Positions 16,000-25,177 of a stretch of 32,000 bases of DNA are shown here, one piece after another. Source of the stretch: an uncultured archaeon (lineage in GTDB: Archaea; Asgardarchaeota; Jordiarchaeia; Jordiarchaeales; Jordiarchaeaceae); the NCBI GenBank assembly GCA_964510585.1, contig CAZECW010000038.1, positions 156-32,155 on the forward strand. The letters run 5' to 3'. The position numbers and the translations under genes are program-made. The notes beneath the pieces are model-generated. The model saw only the letters and a list, made by a program, of their open reading frames with translations. It did not search any database and was not told the origin of the DNA. Within the stretch, counting starts at the first letter, position 1. Every line of letters starts with the position of its first letter.

Positions 16000-17253
16000 A
16001 TGCTGAGTTTGACCAATATGTGGTTCCGCTATGCCAATTCCAAGCTCTTAGTGGTTTACTTTGCCAGTTTTGTAGGCCCTGTTTCGGGCAACACCGTTCT
16101 GACCCTGATACCAACATTGAAGAGCACTTTTCATACAGATGTGGGTACTGTTCTGCTTGCCATAACGGCTTTGATGGTTCCCTTCGCCTTCTTCCAGCTT
16201 TTTTCAGGCACCATATCCGATGTTTACGGCAGAAGAAAAGTTTTAGCGGCAGGTTTCCTAATATATGGTGCCGGCTTGACGCTCATCGGTTTCAGTCCCA
16301 ACTTTAACATTTGGGTGTTTCTGGGAGCAAGGTTCATTTGTGGAATAGGCTACGCATTCATCGGTCCGGTTTTGCCTGCCTGCATCGGCGACCTCACAAA
16401 AATCGAGTACCGGGGGAAAGTTATGGGAATCTACTCTTCAATGGTCACCTTTGGTACGGCTGTAGGTCCTCTGTTGGCTGGTTTCCTCGCTGATGTTTGG
16501 TGGTATATTTATTTTATGCTTGCCGGTATGGCCTTTCTATCCCTGTTTTTGGTTTGGTTTTTCCTAGGAACTGTTAATGTGCCCAAAAATGTTAGTATTC
16601 CTGTTATGAGCCAAGTTTTTCTGGATTTGAGAGAGGTTTTCTCCCACAAAAACGTATTAGTACTTTCTCTGGCCGGATTCTTCGGCTATTTGGGCTTGGC
16701 TGGTGTATCCTCTTTTCTATCCGACACTTTGTCACTGCCTCCCTTCTATTTGGATGCTGTATCTATTGGGGTGATTCTCTCCGCTTGGGGTGCTGTGGTG
16801 ATTTTCTTCGCTCCACTATCCGGATATCTGATGGACAGGTGGGGTAGGGGAAACGTGGCCTATTTGGGGATTGCTGTGAGCTTATGTGCGTTGCTTTTGC
16901 TATTCTTCTCTCAAGATTTTTGGTGGTTTATGCTCTCCACAGCCCTGTTTGGTATCGGAGGCAACCTGTTTTGGCTACCCCTAGGAACTTTGTCTGTGGA
17001 GCTAGTGCCCCAAATGAGGGGAGCTACGGCCTCTGTTTATAACAGCCTCGGCATGTTTGGCTATGCTCTTGCACCCTACCTGCTCACCCCAGTTTACAAT
17101 GATTATGGTACAAGTATGATTTCCGGCTTCCAAATCATTATCTTAATAGCGATGTTCACATTATTGTCAATGATTTTCTTTATCCGATACCTTGGAAGGC
17201 AGGAGCTTCCCGAAATACAAATAAAAAAACCAAAACCTACATTAATCCACTAA
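16000..17253 (+). CDS. MFS transporter (DHA1-like), copy 1
   Basis: About 12 hydrophobic segments, motif A GTISDVYGRRKV and second motif GYLMDRWGR. The true start may be TTG 16009, which aligns with copy 2. Confidence 0.93.
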   Translation: MLSLTNMWFRYANSKLLVVYFASFVGPVSGNTVLTLIPTLKSTFHTDVGTVLLAITALMVPFAFFQLFSGTISDVYGRRKVLAAGFLIYGAGLTLIGFSPNFNIWVFLGARFICGIGYAFIGPVLPACIGDLTKIEYRGKVMGIYSSMVTFGTAVGPLLAGFLADVWWYIYFMLAGMAFLSLFLVWFFLGTVNVPKNVSIPVMSQVFLDLREVFSHKNVLVLSLAGFFGYLGLAGVSSFLSDTLSLPPFYLDAVSIGVILSAWGAVVIFFAPLSGYLMDRWGRGNVAYLGIAVSLCALLLLFFSQDFWWFMLSTALFGIGGNLFWLPLGTLSVELVPQMRGATASVYNSLGMFGYALAPYLLTPVYNDYGTSMISGFQIIILIAMFTLLSMIFFIRYLGRQELPEIQIKKPKPTLIH

Positions 17254-17345
17254 ATGGAGGAAGTCATCTTTTAAGATATAGAAATATTAATATCGCTGTC
17301 TTTGTGTCTTTTTCTGAAGAGCATTTAGGAAAGGTTGTGTAGTGA

Positions 17346-18593
17346 ATGTCCGGTGTCTGGTCTCGATATGCCAACGCTAAGCTTTTGGTTCTCTACTTTG
17401 CAGGTTTTGTAGGCCCCCTATCTGCAAACACGGTTCTGGCTCTGGTTCCCACACTGAAAAGCACTTTTAATACGGATGTGGGTACTGTTCTGCTTGCCAT
17501 AACGGCTTTGATGGTTCCCTTCGCCTTCTTCCAGCTTTTTTCAGGCACCCTATCCGATGTTTACGGCAGAAGAAAAGTTTTGGTAGTTGGCTTCCTAATT
17601 TACGGGATAGGTTTGACTATAATTGGGTTCAGCCCAAGGTTTAGTATCTGGGTGTTTATAGGGGCTAGATTCCTCTGTGGAATAGGCTACGCATTTATTG
17701 GTCCTGTTTTGCCTGCTTGCATCGGTGACCTCACAAAAATCGAGTACCGGGGCAAAGTTATGGGGATCTACTCCTCGGTGCTCACCATGGGAATAGCGGT
17801 GGGTCCCTTATTTGCTGGCTTTTTTGCTAAAGAGTGGTGGTACATTTACTTTATGATTGCGGGAATGGCCTTTCTCTCCATGATTCTAATATGGCTCGTT
17901 TTTGGAACAATTAATACCCCCAGGAATATTACTATGCCTATTTTCAGCCAAGTTTTCACTGATCTGAAAGAGGTGTGCTCTGTTAGAAGTGTGATGGCGC
18001 TAAGCGCCGCGGGTTTTCTGGGTTACGTGGGCTTTATTGGTGTGCAATCGTTTTTATCTGATACCCTATCTCTGCCACCATTCTACCTAGACTCTGTGTC
18101 TATTGGTATGATTCTCTCCGTTGGGGGTGCTGTGGTCATCTTCTTCGCTCCACTATGCGGATACCTCACAGACCGGTTGGGAAGAGAGAGGGTAGCCTAT
18201 TTAGGCATCGCTTTGAGCATACTTTCACTTTTTCTACTATTTCTCTCCAGAGAATTTGCTGGTTTTATGGTTTCAATGGCGCTTAACGGTATTGGGAGCA
18301 ACCTGTTATGGTTGCCGCTTAACGCCCTTTCCGTGGAGCTCATACCAAAACAGAGGGGAGCTACCTCCTCAATTTACAACAGCCTTAGGTTCTCCGGCTA
18401 TGCTCTTGCACCCTACCTGCTAACCCCAGTATACGAAGATTGGGGCACCAGCACGGTATCGGGCTTTCAAATCATAATCCTAATGGCAATAATAATAGTA
18501 CTAATGATAGTTCCCCTCATCCGATACGTAGGTAAGCAAGAGCTACCCGAAATGTGTCTGGAAAAATTAGAAAAAACCACGCCCAAAAATTAA
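17346..18593 (+). CDS. MFS transporter (DHA1-like), copy 2, tandem paralog
   Basis: GTLSDVYGRRKV and GYLTDRLGR motifs; colinear and highly similar to copy 1. Confidence 0.93.
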   Translation: MSGVWSRYANAKLLVLYFAGFVGPLSANTVLALVPTLKSTFNTDVGTVLLAITALMVPFAFFQLFSGTLSDVYGRRKVLVVGFLIYGIGLTIIGFSPRFSIWVFIGARFLCGIGYAFIGPVLPACIGDLTKIEYRGKVMGIYSSVLTMGIAVGPLFAGFFAKEWWYIYFMIAGMAFLSMILIWLVFGTINTPRNITMPIFSQVFTDLKEVCSVRSVMALSAAGFLGYVGFIGVQSFLSDTLSLPPFYLDSVSIGMILSVGGAVVIFFAPLCGYLTDRLGRERVAYLGIALSILSLFLLFLSREFAGFMVSMALNGIGSNLLWLPLNALSVELIPKQRGATSSIYNSLRFSGYALAPYLLTPVYEDWGTSTVSGFQIIILMAIIIVLMIVPLIRYVGKQELPEMCLEKLEKTTPKN

Positions 18594-18674
18594 TAACACA
18601 ACCTAACTACTCCAGACAACAAATCCCACTACGCAAATTCACGCAACCTTGCTTAAGTTTGCATAAACCTTATT

Positions 18675-20261
18675 ATGGAAACTGTTTCCCTAATTGACAA
18701 TTTTACCCAAGCAGCTATGTTTAAGGAGCAGATTCACTTGCAGACAGATGGAAAAGACCAAAACATTTACCAGGCCATAAATTGTGCTTTGCATCCCCGT
18801 TCAATAGCTGTAATTGGAGCCTCACCCGACCACCTTAAGATAGGAACCTGGATACTGAGAAACATTTATCTTTTGGGCTACGAGGGTAAGCTTTTCCCCA
18901 TAAATCCCCGCTACAGTGGAGAGATATGCGGGCTGCAAACCTACCATAGCATATTTGAAGTGCCCGGAGAAGTAGACTTGGCCGTGATTGTGGTTCCCAA
19001 CGATAGGGTTTTGGATGTTTTAGGTGAATGTGCACAGAAGGGCGTGAAAGTGGCTATTCTGGTTAGCGCAGGTTTTGCGGAGTTCAGTGATGAGGGCAGA
19101 GATCTTCAAAATAAGGTAAAATCTTTCGCGAGGGATAAAGGTTTACGCTTGATAGGGCCCAACTGCTTGGGGGTTGTGAATCCTGCATATGGATTGAACA
19201 CCACTACTATGCCCATGATGCCTTCCGTGGGCACTGTGGGTTTCATTTCTCAGAGCGGTGGCTTCGCGGGGCAAACTTTCCTCACAGCTAGAAGAATCAA
19301 CTTGGGTTTCAGTAAAATAGTGAATACAGGTAACGAGGCAGATCTTGACACCACCGACTTTCTAGAATATTTTGGCGAGGATCCCCAAACCCGTGTAATT
19401 ATGATGTTTGTGGAGAGCATAAAGAGAGGGCGTCGCTTCTTGGAATTAGCCCAAAAAATATCTAGGGAGAAACCGATTCTGTGCCTAAAAGTGGGTAGAA
19501 CCGAAAGAGGTGCTAAAGCAGCCCTGTCACATACTGGGAACATCTCTGGATCCCACGAAATTTTTAAGGCAGCGATGCGCCAAGCTGGCGTTATCCTGCC
19601 CAGAAACATTGAGGAAATGTTTGAGTGGGCTTTCGCCCTGGCAAACCAGCCCCTACCCCAAGGAAACAGAATGGGAATAGTGACAAACTCTGGAGGACCA
19701 GGTGTGGCTCTAGTTGACGCCTGCCTAGAACACGGCTTAGAAGTGCCAGAACTACCCCTACAGGTTCAGAAAAGGCTTAAAGAAATCTTAGCCCCAAACG
19801 CCATAACAAAAAACCCAGTGGATTTAACCTTTGCAAGTGACTTCGGGGTATACGCCAAATGTGTAGAAATAATGTTCGAAGAAGCAGACATAGACGGAAT
19901 CCTCATCTATGGAGTCTTCGGTGAAGACATCTGGAGACACCTTCTTAATATGCCTAATCCCACCCCAAAATTTAGGGAGCGCCTGGAGAGGGTCGGCATA
20001 GAAAATCTAAAATATTGGAGCGATACTATAGCAAAAACATTCACTGAGGCTATTCCCAAAATTTTCCAAATAAGCAAAAAGTACCATAAACCCATAATGA
20101 CCGCAAGCACCTCAGCGCCTTGGGAGGACGCTGCCATAAGGTCTCTGCCCGAACACGGAATTCCCTTCTTCAGAACACCTGAGGCAGCAGCAGAAGCAAT
20201 GGCAGTAATGTTAAAATACAGCCTTCATAAGAAAAAGCAAAGTAATACAGGGACGAACTGA
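18675..20261 (+). CDS. Acyl-CoA synthetase (NDP-forming) alpha subunit, CoA-binding
   Basis: PRSIAVIGAS, RLIGPNCLG, SQSGG, GNEADL, phospho-His motif AALSHTG, TNSGGPG and NPVDL. No ATP-grasp domain. The true start may be a later Met. Confidence 0.92.
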   Translation: METVSLIDNFTQAAMFKEQIHLQTDGKDQNIYQAINCALHPRSIAVIGASPDHLKIGTWILRNIYLLGYEGKLFPINPRYSGEICGLQTYHSIFEVPGEVDLAVIVVPNDRVLDVLGECAQKGVKVAILVSAGFAEFSDEGRDLQNKVKSFARDKGLRLIGPNCLGVVNPAYGLNTTTMPMMPSVGTVGFISQSGGFAGQTFLTARRINLGFSKIVNTGNEADLDTTDFLEYFGEDPQTRVIMMFVESIKRGRRFLELAQKISREKPILCLKVGRTERGAKAALSHTGNISGSHEIFKAAMRQAGVILPRNIEEMFEWAFALANQPLPQGNRMGIVTNSGGPGVALVDACLEHGLEVPELPLQVQKRLKEILAPNAITKNPVDLTFASDFGVYAKCVEIMFEEADIDGILIYGVFGEDIWRHLLNMPNPTPKFRERLERVGIENLKYWSDTIAKTFTEAIPKIFQISKKYHKPIMTASTSAPWEDAAIRSLPEHGIPFFRTPEAAAEAMAVMLKYSLHKKKQSNTGTN

Positions 20262-20396
20262 AAATTAAAGAATGAGATCTAGAAATGTGGATTCTACCAG
20301 CCTCTAATCTCCCCGTTTTTGGTTTAAAAATTAAAAAAGGAGACATCTAAATTCTCCTTTTTAGAGTCAGGAAATAAAAAATACGTAATAGAGTAA

Positions 20397-20942
20397 ATGG
20401 AGGAAAAAGTGTTGAGAAATAATGAAGAAGGAGTCCTAAAGCCAAAATTGCATAAATCTGTTTTTGTTGCAGAGGGTGCCCAAATATGGGGAGACGTGGA
20501 AATCGGTGAAGGTTCCAGTGTGTGGTTCAACGCCGTTATTCGTGGAGATGAAGGCAAAATCACCATTGGCAGAAACACTAACATACAGGATAACGCGGTT
20601 CTACACAGCGACATGTTGGTGGGAATCCAAATAGGAGACAACGTAACCATTGGCCACGGAGCAGTAATCCGGGGCTGCAAAATCGGAAACAACGTCATGG
20701 TGGGAATGAACTCCACAATTATGACCAACTCCGAAATCGGAGAAAACAGCATAGTGGGAGCAAACACCTTTGTTCCCTACGACAAGAAGTTCCCTCCCCG
20801 CTCCCTAATCCTGGGAGTACCCGCCAAACTAGTAAGGGAACTAAAAGAGGAGGAGTTGGAAACAATTAGAATGGCCACCCGAATCTACGAAGGACTGGTG
20901 AAAAACTACTCCCAAAAAAGGATTCTAGGATACAAAAAGTAA
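20397..20942 (+). CDS. Gamma-carbonic-anhydrase-like / PaaY-CaiE-like left-handed beta-helix protein
   Basis: GDVEIG, SVWFNAVIRGD, NIQDNAVLH and TIGHGA hexapeptide repeats. Confidence 0.92.
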   Translation: MEEKVLRNNEEGVLKPKLHKSVFVAEGAQIWGDVEIGEGSSVWFNAVIRGDEGKITIGRNTNIQDNAVLHSDMLVGIQIGDNVTIGHGAVIRGCKIGNNVMVGMNSTIMTNSEIGENSIVGANTFVPYDKKFPPRSLILGVPAKLVRELKEEELETIRMATRIYEGLVKNYSQKRILGYKK

Positions 20943-21029
20943 CATGCCCCCCTTTTTTAAATAAAGTCTTAAATATGCCCTGTGAACATTTAAATTAACC
21001 TTACCCTGTTCTTAAAAGGAGGATTCAAT

Positions 21030-22703
21030 TTGATGGAAGAAAAACCACTCTACACCGTGGAGTATGATTTTGAAAAGCAGAGTCCTTGGGTGAGGCCCAA
21101 CCGTGTTTGGGAAAAACTGCTTCCCAAGGATGTTCCCAAGACCATAAAATATCCCGAAATACCTGTGCACTATATTCCCAGAGAGGCTGCAAGAAGATAT
21201 CCACACAATCTGGCAATATATTTTGTCCCAGAGGAAAGAAAGTACACTTACAGAGAACTAATGCACTGGAGCGATAAGGTAGCAGCAGGACTAGCGGATC
21301 TAGGAGTGGAGAAGGGTGACGGGGTGGGAGTTTACATGACCAATTCGCCCGAGTTCCTATTCTCACTCTATGGAATAAGTCAGAACGGGGCCTTCACGGT
21401 GCCCATAAATCCCATGCTTAAGGCGCCGGACATAAAGCACATAGTAACAGATTGCGGGGTTATGGATACCCTAATCTGCAGCTCCATACTCTACCCTAAC
21501 ATTGAAAAGGTGAGAGAAGAGGTAGAAATTGAAAATATTATAGTCTATGGAGAAAAGAGGCCGGGAACCATAAGCCTCCAAGAAATTATGGAGAAGTATC
21601 CCCCCAAACCTCCCGAGGTAAAAATTAATCCCAAAGAAGACCTCTTCACCCTAATGTACACTGGGGGAACCACCGGTCTACCTAAGGGAGTTATGCAGAC
21701 ACACTACAACATTGTGGCAAACGTGTACCAGATGATTGGAATGGAGCCCGCATCACCCATAGAGGAGGGCCGAGTATCTTGCATAACAGTGCTCCCCATG
21801 TGCCACTCATTCGGATTAAGCCAATCCCAACTCTACGTAGCCCAGAAAGCCATGATGCTAATTTACACTGGTTTCAACCCTGAGCAGGTGATGAAGGCTA
21901 TAGAACTTTACCGAACTGAAAACTTTGTGGGGATCCCCCTAATGTTTCAATTCATGGTTAACCATCCCGACTTCGAAAAATACAACCTAAAATCACTGTT
22001 CAGAGTAATATCGGGAGCTGCACCAATTCCCGAGGATCTTGTCAAGAAGTGGAAAAAGGTGGTAGGCTCAGATGTTGGACAAGGTTATGGTCTGAGCGAA
22101 GCCAGCCCCACCTGCCACATGAAACCCACCTGGCTTCCCCAGAAGGGGCTCACCATAGGCATCCCCGTGGTGGACACCGACGCTAAAATTGTGGATGTCG
22201 ACACCGGCTCCGAACTACCTCCAGGAGAAGTTGGAGAACTAATGGTGAAGGGGCCCCAAGTCATGAAGGGATACTGGAAAAATCCAGATAAAACAAGAGA
22301 AACCATCGAGGACGGCTGGCTTCACACTGGAGACCTAGCCTACATGGATGAAGAGGGCTACTTCTACATTGTGGGAAGGCAAAAGGACATAATAAAGTAT
22401 AAAGGCTACAAAGTGTTGCCCGACGAGGTGGAAGACAAACTGTATAATCACCCCGCAGTTTTGGAGTGCGCCGTAATAGGGGTGCCAGACCCGGAAATAG
22501 GGGAAACCATCAAAGCCTACGTGGTAATAAAGGAAGAGTATAAGGGAAAAATTACACCAGAAGAACTGAGAGAGTGGGCAAAGCAAAACATGGCAGGATA
22601 CAAGTGGCCCAGAATAATAGAATTCATCGACAAGATTCCAAGAACAGCCATAGGCAAAGTCTTCCGCAGAGAACTAAGAGAAAAGGAAAAAACTAGGAGC
22701 TAA
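21030..22703 (+). CDS. AMP-forming long-chain acyl-CoA ligase
   Basis: MYTGGTTGLPKG, GYGLSE, TGDLA, GRQKD and terminal GKV motifs. GGAGG RBS. Confidence 0.95.
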   Translation: MMEEKPLYTVEYDFEKQSPWVRPNRVWEKLLPKDVPKTIKYPEIPVHYIPREAARRYPHNLAIYFVPEERKYTYRELMHWSDKVAAGLADLGVEKGDGVGVYMTNSPEFLFSLYGISQNGAFTVPINPMLKAPDIKHIVTDCGVMDTLICSSILYPNIEKVREEVEIENIIVYGEKRPGTISLQEIMEKYPPKPPEVKINPKEDLFTLMYTGGTTGLPKGVMQTHYNIVANVYQMIGMEPASPIEEGRVSCITVLPMCHSFGLSQSQLYVAQKAMMLIYTGFNPEQVMKAIELYRTENFVGIPLMFQFMVNHPDFEKYNLKSLFRVISGAAPIPEDLVKKWKKVVGSDVGQGYGLSEASPTCHMKPTWLPQKGLTIGIPVVDTDAKIVDVDTGSELPPGEVGELMVKGPQVMKGYWKNPDKTRETIEDGWLHTGDLAYMDEEGYFYIVGRQKDIIKYKGYKVLPDEVEDKLYNHPAVLECAVIGVPDPEIGETIKAYVVIKEEYKGKITPEELREWAKQNMAGYKWPRIIEFIDKIPRTAIGKVFRRELREKEKTRS

Positions 22704-23215
22704 ATCTTTGAGAGCCGCGCCTTCCAGTCACGTATGGAATACATTAATTCCCCGCCATCCTGGTCTGAGAGTCTTTCTTGTGGATAGTTTCTCAGTTTTC
22801 TACTCCACTGCGTAATCTGATAAAGCACGCTCGATTGGGTTGGGGAGAGCCCCATCACCCAGTCCCTAATATTGTCCAACTCGTTGCACATGGATTTGAT
22901 GTGAGTTCCCTCCTGAACTAGTTCCTCCAAGTTTTTGAATTTGCTGTCAATGGGGCGCGTAAGCACCGTGGAAATCTCAGCCACCCGCTCCTCTTTTTTC
23001 TCAAAAGTTATGGGCTTGGGAGGTGGAGCCTCCTTCTCTAGTTCCCTAATGTGCTCAGGGATAACCACTTCTTCCCTGTATCCAGCAAGTGAAAGCGCTG
23101 CGGAGAGCGCCGAAGTCGCCTCATCTATCTTCTCAGAAATGTCTCCTAAAAGGGCAATCGCTTTTCTAAGAGCTTTTTTCAATTCCTCTCTCTTTTCTGC
23201 TTCACTCAAAACCAA
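22700..23215 (-). CDS. Hypothetical protein: N-terminal coiled coil, Pro/charged linker, C-terminal helical bundle
   Basis: 171-aa ORF with RBS GAAGGTGG, its own TATA-like TTTTTATA near 23246-23253 and protein-like amphipathic helices. No family recognised. Confidence 0.8.
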   Translation of the reverse strand: MVLSEAEKREELKKALRKAIALLGDISEKIDEATSALSAALSLAGYREEVVIPEHIRELEKEAPPPKPITFEKKEERVAEISTVLTRPIDSKFKNLEELVQEGTHIKSMCNELDNIRDWVMGLSPTQSSVLYQITQWSRKLRNYPQERLSDQDGGELMYSIRDWKARLSKI

Positions 23216-23359
23216 ACCACCTTCTAAAATGCATCGTCATACTTGTATAAAAAATTATGAACCTTTACAGTTATAAGGCTTTCAGATGAAAAAACCGAAA
23301 AACAGTACCCAAATACTCAAACCCAATTGTAGATGGAGCAACCGCCTAAAAAGTGGGAG

Positions 23360-25177
23360 CTATTCCTCCACCTCTTTGGTTTCCCTCAAGTATTCATGTA
23401 TTCTTTTAGCCACATCCTCACTTATGTTTGGCACCCTCATTATATCCTCAACTGTGGCCTTCCTCAAGTTTTCCAGAGAACCAAAATGCTTCAAAAGCGC
23501 ATTCCTCCTATTCTCCCCCACACCGGGAATAGATTCCAACAATGATTCTTTAAGTTTCTTTTCCCGAAGCTTCTTATGATAACTGAGAGCAAACCTGTGA
23601 GCCTCATCCCTCACCCTCCGAAGAAGAAATAACGCCTTTGAATCCGAAGGCAAACTAATAGGCTCAACCCTCCCCGACACATATAGGTTCTCAAACCTCT
23701 TCGCCAACCCCACAACTGGAACATTTAAACCAAGACGCTCAAGGCTCCTCAGCGCAGCATTAAGCTGCCCCACCCCCCCATCAACAAGAATAAGGTTGGG
23801 CACCACTTCACCCCTCTCCTTCAACCCCCTATATCTCCGGTAAACAATTTCCCCCATCATTTGGGGATCATCAGGACCCTTAACTGTCTTAATCCTAAAT
23901 CTCCGATAATCCTCCTTCTTCGGCCACCCATCCTCAAAAACAATGAGAGAGCCCACAGCATCCTCTCCCAAAATATTGGAAACGTCAAAAGCCTCTATCC
24001 TAACAGGAGGCTCAGGCAAGTTCAACAATTTTTGTAGGTCTCTCACAGCATACAAAGTCAACTCTCTCTCCAGCTCACTCTTCCTCATCCTCTCATTAAG
24101 AACCATTACCGCAATTTTCTTAGCATAATTTAACCGCTCCCGCTCCTCCTCCGTGAGTGGCGTACGGATCTCAACTTTTTCTCCCTTCCTCTTCTCCAAC
24201 CACTTCTCAACAAGCTCCCTATCTTCAAAGTCCCTCTCAACAACTATTTTTTCTGGAAGAACCTCCGCATCAATATAGAACTGCTTCACGAATCCCCCCA
24301 ACAACTCTTCATCTGCGGCATCACCCTTCTCCTCCCTCACGAAGTCCTTCTTGTCAACAATCCTCCCACTCTGCAGAAAAAGAAGCTCAATACAAACCCT
24401 CCTATCCAGCCTCTCTAACGCTATAATGTCAGTATCCCTAGACTTGGTGGACAAAATCTTCTGGCGACCAATGGCCTTCTCCACACCCACAATACGATCC
24501 CTAATTTTGGCAGCGTCCTCAAACCTCAACTCCTGGGAAGCCCTCTCCATCTCCAAATAAAGCTGCTCCACCAACTCCTCCCTCTCACCCGCCAAGAAAA
24601 GAAGAAGCTGCTCCACACGATTCAAATACTCTTCACGACTAATCTTCCCCACACAGGGAGCCGAACAATTATTAATATGATACTCAAGACAAGGCCTCCT
24701 CATCCTACCCATCTGCACAACACTCTCAGAACCACAAATACCAAACAGGCGCCGAATATACTTCAAATTCTCCTTAACCTTCTTAAAACGAGTGTAGGGG
24801 CCAAAGTACTTCGCCCCATCATCCACAAGTTCACGAGTAGTCAAAACCCTGGGAATCTCCTCATTCACAGTCACCTTAATATAGGGAAACTTTTTGGAGT
24901 CCTTCCAAGCCACATTATACTTGGGCTGATACTTCTTAATCAAGTCACACTCAAGAATCATAGCCTCAGTCTCATCACCAGTAACAATGTACTCCAAACT
25001 GGCAACATTATTCACCAAAGAATCCTTAGCATCAGTCTTCCTTGAAGACCCAAAGTAAGTTCTGACCCGGTTCCTGAGGTTGCGAGCCTTACCCACATAA
25101 ATAACCTTCCCATCGGCATCTCTCATAATATAAACGCCAGGTTCCTCGGGAGCCTCCTTAACACGCTGCTCCATCAA
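23360..25177 (-). CDS. uvrC: Excinuclease ABC subunit C
   Basis: GIY-YIG domain (PGVYIM...YVGKA), [29 protein letters not shown] and a C-terminal HhH. Confidence 0.97.
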   Translation of the reverse strand: MMEQRVKEAPEEPGVYIMRDADGKVIYVGKARNLRNRVRTYFGSSRKTDAKDSLVNNVASLEYIVTGDETEAMILECDLIKKYQPKYNVAWKDSKKFPYIKVTVNEEIPRVLTTRELVDDGAKYFGPYTRFKKVKENLKYIRRLFGICGSESVVQMGRMRRPCLEYHINNCSAPCVGKISREEYLNRVEQLLLFLAGEREELVEQLYLEMERASQELRFEDAAKIRDRIVGVEKAIGRQKILSTKSRDTDIIALERLDRRVCIELLFLQSGRIVDKKDFVREEKGDAADEELLGGFVKQFYIDAEVLPEKIVVERDFEDRELVEKWLEKRKGEKVEIRTPLTEEERERLNYAKKIAVMVLNERMRKSELERELTLYAVRDLQKLLNLPEPPVRIEAFDVSNILGEDAVGSLIVFEDGWPKKEDYRRFRIKTVKGPDDPQMMGEIVYRRYRGLKERGEVVPNLILVDGGVGQLNAALRSLERLGLNVPVVGLAKRFENLYVSGRVEPISLPSDSKALFLLRRVRDEAHRFALSYHKKLREKKLKESLLESIPGVGENRRNALLKHFGSLENLRKATVEDIMRVPNISEDVAKRIHEYLRETKEVEE

